In this document: piece after piece, positions 57,555 to 64,000 of the stretch
Layout: each line of letters opens with the position of its first letter
Numbering within the stretch: the first letter of the stretch is position 1
Source of the DNA: Candidatus Melainabacteria bacterium 17Bon1m
GTDB taxonomy: Bacteria > Cyanobacteriota > Vampirovibrionia > Obscuribacterales > Obscuribacteraceae
DNA: 64,000 nt
Direction: 5' to 3'
NCBI GenBank assembly: GCA_032128875.1
Contig: JAVLKG010000007.1
Coordinates: forward strand, 192,001-256,000
Program-made: the position numbers and the translations under genes
Notes under the pieces: model-generated
What the model saw: only the letters and a program-made list of their open reading frames with translations
What the model was told of the DNA's origin: nothing
The model's database searches: none

Positions 57555-58418
57555 TCACAGCAAAGGCCACTTACTCACGTACTTGCCGTACTCGTTGGCT
57601 TCCGGGTTCTCGATGAACTGGATAGCCAGCTCGGCTACCGTAGACAGTTCCAGGCGCGCGATCAGCTCCATGATTGTGGCATGGATTTCAGCGGCGCCTG
57701 CTCTGCCGTCGGAGAACACAGTCGGCGCCTGCATGCGCTCACGCACGCCGTCGACGCGGCGGGAGTTGTTCTGCCAGCGGATGCCGTCCTCACTGCCGTC
57801 CAGATAGACGGTGATGAGAAACTGGCCAATTTCATGGCGGAAGCCGCTCTCCGGGTCTGTAGCGCAGAGAATCTCAGTCGAGATGAGGAGCCTGTTTGGC
57901 ACCACATGCACCGCCTGAACACCCTGCACCATGCGGACACGCTCCAGTTCTGCGACCAGCGTCTGTCCCGCGTTTTCGTTGCCGGCAATCTTGCTCGAGC
58001 CGAAGACTTCCGTCCGCTTGCTCGTCACAAAGCGCTGCTTGGCTGCAGAGAGCTTCTTGCGATTGCCGGAGGCGGTACTGGCAGCGGCGTCGAGAATCGA
58101 CTTCGTGCGCGACTCACAGGCCTTGATGTACCGCTTGCGATACTCCAGGCGTTCGGCTTCGCGACGCAGTGTTTCCGCATCAACTTCGTCGTTCTTGCCC
58201 TGCTCTTTTCTCTTCTTCTTGAAGGTGAGCTTGAGCTTGTAGACGTTTTCGTACTTCGATTTGCTCTTGGCGCCGGTGGCGTTCAGGACAGCCAGCACGA
58301 TGTCCAATTGCGTTTCCTCGAACATGATGCCCGAGTCCCACGGATAGTGCTGCACGCCTGCATTGGTCAGCAAGCTCAGCTGCTCATCCGTGAGGTCTTT
58401 CACTAGATAGCTTTTCAT
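57555..58418 (-). CDS. Short E2-variant (UEV-like, no catalytic Cys), paralog of 52591..53451
   Basis: MKSYLV start with AGGAG RBS; APTVFSDGRAGA aligned to APRVYPDGTACI; TVAELAIQF...KWPL shared. Confidence 0.65.
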   Translation of the reverse strand: MKSYLVKDLTDEQLSLLTNAGVQHYPWDSGIMFEETQLDIVLAVLNATGAKSKSKYENVYKLKLTFKKKRKEQGKNDEVDAETLRREAERLEYRKRYIKACESRTKSILDAAASTASGNRKKLSAAKQRFVTSKRTEVFGSSKIAGNENAGQTLVAELERVRMVQGVQAVHVVPNRLLISTEILCATDPESGFRHEIGQFLITVYLDGSEDGIRWQNNSRRVDGVRERMQAPTVFSDGRAGAAEIHATIMELIARLELSTVAELAIQFIENPEANEYGKYVSKWPLL

Positions 58419-58439
58419 TTTGCTTCTCCTGGGCATGCA

Positions 58440-60302
58440 TTACACCTCGCCTACGGCTTCGGGAAACAGCGAGATTCCCTTGCCCCAGGCATCCGAGGTG
58501 TTGACCGATTCGACGAAAGCAATAGCCAGCTGCACTGCTGAAGCGTATTCGCGCTTCTTGATGAGCATCGGGAAGAGGTCCTGCGTGTTCCCGAAGCACG
58601 CCTTGCCGCGGCTGGAAACATGCGGAGCATGCATTGTGCGGCTCTCCATTTGGATGGTCCTGGTCTGGTTAAGCCAGGTCACCTCCGAGTTGGAATCCAT
58701 CGGGATGGTGATCTTGAACTCGCCGATTTCATGCCGCTTGCCCGAGCGAGGATCAACGCAGTAGAGCATGTCGGTCATGATCACGATCGACTTCTGCTTC
58801 ACTTCCACCGACCGCACTTTGTACACTCGGCAGAGTTCATCGAACTCGCGCCCCAGCTCTTCAGCTCCGGAGTGCTCGAGCCGGAAGACTTCGGCGTCTG
58901 CGATCACAGCGTCGCGCAGAGCCTTGCTCAGTTCTTGCTCGCTTACAGGCTTGTCGTTCTTGCCGGCTTTGACGCTCGCTGCAATCAGTGCCGCTTCTTC
59001 TTTGAGGTCTTCCTCCGTGAAGCGCGGACCACCTGCGCGTGCAGCCTGTTTTTCCACCAGCTTGCCTGCTTGGACAAACAGTCGAGCAAGCAGCTTCGCT
59101 TCCGCTTTGGAGGCGTGCGTGAGCAGGTACTGGTGAATGTACAAGTTGTTGCCGACGAGTTCTGCGTAGATGAAGCCGCTGGCTTCGAAGAGCGGGATGC
59201 CCAGACCGGTGGGACCGAACGCCTTATCCTGGCGAATCAAGTCACAACCGAGCAGCTTCTTGGGCACGTCTTCGCCTGCGCGTCCGGCGACGGCAGAGTT
59301 GAAGAAGACGTGAAACATGCCGTCGTTGAGCGGGCGCTGCGTCTGTCCATGGCAGTTCTTCACGTGGATTTCTTGCCGCAGGTAGGGGCTGAGGAACTTG
59401 TGGATGGTGGCGCGCACAACGGCACGCTCTCCCGCTTCCTCGAAGCCCTCGTCAGCGATCGTCTGGCGACCAGCCGCTGGTGGTATCCCTTCGCCTTCCT
59501 CGGCGTAAACTTCCTGAAGGAATTGTGCCGGGTCGCGCTCTATGAGCACCCGTTGCAAAACCCGCGTCAAAAGCGCATAGCGCTGCTCTTCGCCGAGCTG
59601 CCAGAAGTCAGCGTAAATATAAAGCGCGCCCTTCGTCAGTTCGCCGACGATGTAGCCGGTGGCCGGATCGATAACCGGAGAGCCGGTCACGGAGTAGACA
59701 TACGAGTGCTGCGGCGCAACCTCGATGTCGAACACTCGCGGGGGCAATTGTTCGCGCGTGCTTGTGCGCGGAACCGTGCCGAAGAGGATGTGGAAGTTGT
59801 GGTCGTATTCGCGATCAACGCGCCCGTTGGCGTCGAGCGTCACTTTGATGCGCTTGTCCAGGCGACCGGCTAAGACCGCATGAACAACCTGTTGCACTCG
59901 CGGCGCGGTTGTTTTGTCACGCTTGTTGACCCAAACTGTAATCTGCTCGAGGTTATGGGCGTTTGCATTCTCGTGGGGGAAAGCGAGAACCGCCTCGTGC
60001 AGCTCTTTGCCGTTGAGCATCAAGGACGCTGTGTGCGTCGCATTCAGCGCGGCTAGAGCTCGGGGAAGATGGTCGTACTTGACGATGATACCGGCAGTAG
60101 CGTCCGGTGCGTTGCCGGTCTCAAACTGAACACCAGCAGCCCGTAGAGCCTCTTTGTGCGTATCTTGCAGATAGCGCATGAAGTAATTCTTCGGACGTGC
60201 CAGGTATTTCTGAAGCAGCCGCCAGGCTTTCCATCCGCCGTAACCGAGCAGAGAGATACCAGCAGCAGCTAGAGATACATAGATAATCATTTGCCAGGGC
60301 AT
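58440..60302 (-). CDS. Membrane-anchored multidomain E2/UBC-like protein, paralog of 53467..55371
   Basis: N-terminal TM; APHVSSRGKACFGNTQDLFP; ASAVQLAIAFVESVN identical in both paralogs; Cys codon 58596-58598. Confidence 0.72.
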   Translation of the reverse strand: MPWQMIIYVSLAAAGISLLGYGGWKAWRLLQKYLARPKNYFMRYLQDTHKEALRAAGVQFETGNAPDATAGIIVKYDHLPRALAALNATHTASLMLNGKELHEAVLAFPHENANAHNLEQITVWVNKRDKTTAPRVQQVVHAVLAGRLDKRIKVTLDANGRVDREYDHNFHILFGTVPRTSTREQLPPRVFDIEVAPQHSYVYSVTGSPVIDPATGYIVGELTKGALYIYADFWQLGEEQRYALLTRVLQRVLIERDPAQFLQEVYAEEGEGIPPAAGRQTIADEGFEEAGERAVVRATIHKFLSPYLRQEIHVKNCHGQTQRPLNDGMFHVFFNSAVAGRAGEDVPKKLLGCDLIRQDKAFGPTGLGIPLFEASGFIYAELVGNNLYIHQYLLTHASKAEAKLLARLFVQAGKLVEKQAARAGGPRFTEEDLKEEAALIAASVKAGKNDKPVSEQELSKALRDAVIADAEVFRLEHSGAEELGREFDELCRVYKVRSVEVKQKSIVIMTDMLYCVDPRSGKRHEIGEFKITIPMDSNSEVTWLNQTRTIQMESRTMHAPHVSSRGKACFGNTQDLFPMLIKKREYASAVQLAIAFVESVNTSDAWGKGISLFPEAVGEV

Positions 60303-60323
60303 GGCTGATATTCCTTCGGTTTT

Positions 60324-60387
60324 ACTCTCTATGGGCAGCGCACGTGATGCTTTGTTGAAGCAGTCTCATGCGGCGCCCATAGAGAGT
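60324..60387. other. Long hairpin in the 5' leader of the second E2 pair
   Basis: ACTCTCTATGGGC/GCCCATAGAGAGT 13-bp stem plus inner TGCTT/AAGCA. Confidence 0.55.
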
Positions 60388-61245
60388 TTTGCGTTAGAGT
60401 CAGAAACTCGTTCCGCGCAGCAGACCCCCACCACTCTTGTCACCACATGCAGTGCCGTGATCCCGAAATTCAGGATCGGCACAAGATGCACTTGAGTAAG
60501 GTGAGATTAGTGGGGGACTGCTGAGGGAGCGGTAGTGCGAAAGGGAAAGTAAAAGAACAGGATCTGTAGCTATCAAGCTCGCACTTAGCAAAGTATTAGA
60601 GCATGTATATTTCGTGAGCTAAGAAAACACTCGCGCGCGCCTGCGGAATCTGGCGAAAGCGGCAACCGGTTTGAGTTTTTCTCTGACGCCGAAAGAAGAA
60701 CTATATGAACGCTGCGCTCATTATTTGCGCCGTTTAAGGACTTAACAGTGAGCGCGCGTTGGCCTAGGTGTTTCTAAAACCGTGTCAAAAAAATACCGGA
60801 ATTCGGTAACAATACCGGTTTACAATGTGCTTTACATCCAGCAAAAGAAGCGTTCTTAATCCGCAAACTCTTGGCCCACTTATAGTCTCTAATAACTACT
60901 TTGCTGAAAGCTCTTTGAACTTCCGATTGACTTATTTTCTTTGCTCTTACTAGAGTGATGTTCTTCCCTCCTCAGTCATCCTTCGTCGAGAAAAACCAGA
61001 ACTAGCCGCTTTCGTGTTTACACAAGCATCGAATCAGCACCAAAGCAGGTGTTCGTTCGAGCGCGCCGGTCGTTTTTTTCTGGGCAACTGATGCTGAGAT
61101 TTGTTGTCGGCTCTTCTGAAAGTTTGAGTCGAAACTCTTCGGGCGAGTGTTCTTGCGGTTGATGCCAAAAAGAGCGCACGCACTTATGCCTCCTCTACGA
61201 GGTCCACAGCCGCCACTACATGCGGTGCAACTTAATGGGTGCAGC

Positions 61246-61713
61246 ATGACCCAATCTTCCGATACAATCGCCTCAATCCGCAAGCAAATCTACGACGCGC
61301 TTCCGGACGGCGTTACCGTCAAATGGCCTGATCTCCTCGCCAAAGCCGGCGATCTGCGCGCTCACGTCGAATCACTCGCTTTCGGAAAACCCGACAGCGT
61401 TACTCGTCGCGGCGATCGCTTCCTCTGCTCGGGCAAAGTCCCGGCGCAGATGCCTCCGCGCTTCGGCTTCACTGCCTTCGCCGATAAGGAAGTTCGCTTC
61501 ACTGTGCGCGGTACGGGTGAACGGCTGATCATCAGCGACATCTCCGGTGTCAAAGTGCAGCCGCCTGTCGGCTTCAAGTTTTCCGTCACCGAGGTGATCA
61601 TCAGCACCGACGGCAAGGGCAACTTCACGCTCGGAACTTCCAAGTTCGGCGTGCCTCTCACCGTCACGCTCGACCCCAACGGCGATTTCGTCGGCTGGCG
61701 GTTCGGCAAATAA
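61246..61713 (+). CDS. Hypothetical beta-rich protein
   Basis: C-ending codon bias, ATG 61246. Confidence 0.65.
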   Translation: MTQSSDTIASIRKQIYDALPDGVTVKWPDLLAKAGDLRAHVESLAFGKPDSVTRRGDRFLCSGKVPAQMPPRFGFTAFADKEVRFTVRGTGERLIISDISGVKVQPPVGFKFSVTEVIISTDGKGNFTLGTSKFGVPLTVTLDPNGDFVGWRFGK

Positions 61714-61765
61714 TTTCGGCAAGTAAATCCGGCAAGTAAATCCGGCAAATAAATCCGGCAAGTAA
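61711..61765. repeat. 13-bp tandem repeat (TAAATCCGGCAAG) x4
   Basis: Direct reading, begins at the stop codon of the upstream gene. Confidence 0.8.
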
Positions 61766-62117
61766 AGTTGGCGTGAGCCAGGGCGGGGCGATGGTGAAAA
61801 CACTGTCGTCCTGCCGCTCTTGCGACGCGCACTACGGCTTCACAATCAAATCCACACGCACACCAGGAGTCACAAAATGCTCGATGTTGTTTTCGCGCAA
61901 ATCGGTAAGTTCCGCATGAGATCTGGTTCTTTGTGTTTTTTGGTGGTGACACTATGTGTGATAGTAAGATGCGTGCAAAAGGGAAAGAACAGAGGGTTTT
62001 TGGCCCTCCGTTCTTCCCAGAATCACTAGATGCCGTGAGGCATTCCGGGGAGCGTTCTAAGCTGGAGTTCTAGGCAAGTCCTCGCACATTCACGCTTGAA
62101 CCCTAGAACTCTTTCGC

Positions 62118-63101
62118 TTAGATGAACTCCTTGGTGGCAGCCTGCGGCGCGCCCGGAGGCAGCGCACGCAAGCCCCGCACGACGCCAGACTCCAAGTCAC
62201 TGCACTTGAAGACGACGTCGCCGTTGCGGTACGAACCGCTGACGACTTTGCCCATCACCTTGCGCGGAAGCAGCTCGGCGACGCCGAGTTCGATCGTCGG
62301 GTCGGAGTAGAACACGGTCATGCTGTGCGCATCCGACATGTCCGGAGTGGCGACGAAGATCGTGTGATCGACGTCGACCTTGGCGTTCAGGTCGGGCGCC
62401 TTGCCGTCGTGAGCGTCCAGCGTGGGGACGAACAGGTAGTCCTTGTCGTCCTGCTTGGTCGGCTCGTACGAGAAGAGCAGCGGCTTGGCGCGCTGGGCAT
62501 CGGTGTTGCTGAAGCAGCACACGGCGATCGCCCAGTTGGGGTACCACTTGGCGTAGGCCTTGAAGATCTCGTCGTTCAGCGCCGGGCGACGATCGTTGGA
62601 GATGGCATCGCTCTTGATGGCCTTGGCGAGGTCCTTGGCGCTCTTGGCGATGACGATGGTGTAGACGTCGAATTCGATGATGCGAACCGACTTGGAGTCG
62701 GCGCCGAAGGAGGCACCGCGGCGGCCGGCGCTGCGAGAGCGTGGCGTGAGCGCGGAGCGGATGTCCTTCAGGAAGTTCGGGCACGAGGTCGTGTCGATGA
62801 CCTCGATGTTGCCGACTGCGTCGGGAATGGGCAGAATCATCGCGTTGCCGGTTGAGGCAGCGGTGGTTTTGCCGGTCGCCTTGGGGGTCACCGCTTCCTC
62901 GAAGGACCAGTTGCCGCTGCGACGAGTGCCGCGACGAACGGGTTTGCGAGTGGTGGTCTCCTTCGGAGTCGCCACTGCGGGCGCGCCGGAAGCGAGATTG
63001 GACGCGGTGTTCTGATAGGCGAGGTAGCGACGACCGTCAGCCCCAACGAAAGCGCCGACGATCGTATCCGAGAAGTGAGCCGGGTGCAGTGAAACGCACA
63101 T
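62118..63101 (-). CDS. Conserved-looking hypothetical protein
   Basis: MCVS...YQNTA...NAMILPIP...PTLDAHDG..P..VDVDH; AGGAG RBS; strong codon bias. Confidence 0.75.
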   Translation of the reverse strand: MCVSLHPAHFSDTIVGAFVGADGRRYLAYQNTASNLASGAPAVATPKETTTRKPVRRGTRRSGNWSFEEAVTPKATGKTTAASTGNAMILPIPDAVGNIEVIDTTSCPNFLKDIRSALTPRSRSAGRRGASFGADSKSVRIIEFDVYTIVIAKSAKDLAKAIKSDAISNDRRPALNDEIFKAYAKWYPNWAIAVCCFSNTDAQRAKPLLFSYEPTKQDDKDYLFVPTLDAHDGKAPDLNAKVDVDHTIFVATPDMSDAHSMTVFYSDPTIELGVAELLPRKVMGKVVSGSYRNGDVVFKCSDLESGVVRGLRALPPGAPQAATKEFI

Positions 63102-64000
63102 ACGTTGAATTCTCCTGGTCTTGTTGCCGCTCTTTGAACGCATCGCAAACCGCATTGCAGGGTGCATTGCAGAACATCGAGCAGAGTTTGTTTCGACGGA
63201 GTTGAAGCCGTCTAAAATATCCGAGCGCAAATCTGTCGCCATCACCGCGCGCGAAAGCCACGCCAAAACCGCCATCTATGCCTCATCGATGCGCAATGCG
63301 CATTGATGAAATAGAGTCGATTGGGCTGGGCGGCGGGTGAGAAAAGGTGATTTGAACTTGGACAAGAGAAAAAAGAAGCGACAAAAAGAGCCTATCCAGT
63401 GAACTCTTGAGTCTTCAAGCAGTGTCAAAGAATAAAAACTGACTGAGCGAGCTGAGAGAAGAGACGCTAGGTTTAGTTAGCGGTGGATAAGCTAGAGGAG
63501 AGCCAGTGGATGATGGTATCTCCGGCTCGAGACAACTTTTGCCGGCTTGGTGGTTGCAAAGGTGTGTGAGCTGCGCAAGGCTTGGTCTTGCTGCTGAAAA
63601 GGGTTTGCTGGTGTGGCATTTCACGATTGTCTGTCGAGGAGAACTCGAGCTACTTTCAGAACTCCAATATTAGTTGTGGCTTAATGACAACTTTTGCGCT
63701 GTTGCGTGAGGCTGGAATCAGGCAATACGTGACGCTTTCGCTCGTCGCCCAAAAAGAATTTTGTCAAGCGTCAAAAGATGCCTTTACTTTGAGAGCTCTT
63801 CACGGTTGTCAGTTGTTCTTTTGTTTGTATTGTCAACAGAACCAGTTGCTGATCCGCGCGCCTGTAACGGTTTCTTCTGACCAGATTTGTACTTGAGCAA
63901 GAGATCTTCCTAACGTATGGCGCTTCTTCACTTCGTTTCTAAACAACTAAACCAGTCTCCCAAAAACCCTTGCACACTCTTTCAGTTCATCTGAGTCCGT

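Noticed and set aside
61711-61765. 13-bp repeats as iterons or an origin
   Set aside because: No rep gene or DnaA-box cluster seen; treated as a simple tandem repeat.
63276-64000. Short ORFs at the window end
   Set aside because: No RBS, motif or codon-bias support.

Overview
Bacterial chromosomal window with about 55 genes. The gene repertoire suggests a non-photosynthetic cyanobacterial relative (Melainabacteria/Obscuribacterales-like), but that is inference only. No rRNA, tRNA, CRISPR array or transposase was recognised. The first 47 kb is mixed housekeeping and accessory content: GH30/GH1/GH130 glycosidases, an ABCD/YddA transporter, WG-repeat and TPR proteins, a clostripain-family protease, a HigBA toxin-antitoxin pair, a fused ThDP-decarboxylase/aldehyde dehydrogenase, carbonic anhydrase, several metallophosphoesterases, two Ter-family proteins, an HDAC gene next to a Dam-type methylase, and REP-like palindromes. 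The highlight is a minus-strand prokaryotic ubiquitination-like locus at 47.3-60.6 kb. Its first gene is a head-to-tail tri-ubiquitin-like precursor in which every 68-aa unit ends ...LLLRPVRG-N, and units 2 and 3 are identical in protein despite 14 synonymous differences. It is followed by a membrane-anchored E2-like protein, a short E2 variant, a JAB/MPN+ peptidase, a ThiF/E1 enzyme and an atypical Clp AAA+ ATPase. Upstream lies a second, separately terminated copy of the long-E2 plus short-E2 pair, whose short member has lost the catalytic Cys, behind a homologous promoter region. All functional calls come from motifs read by eye; no database searches were run.
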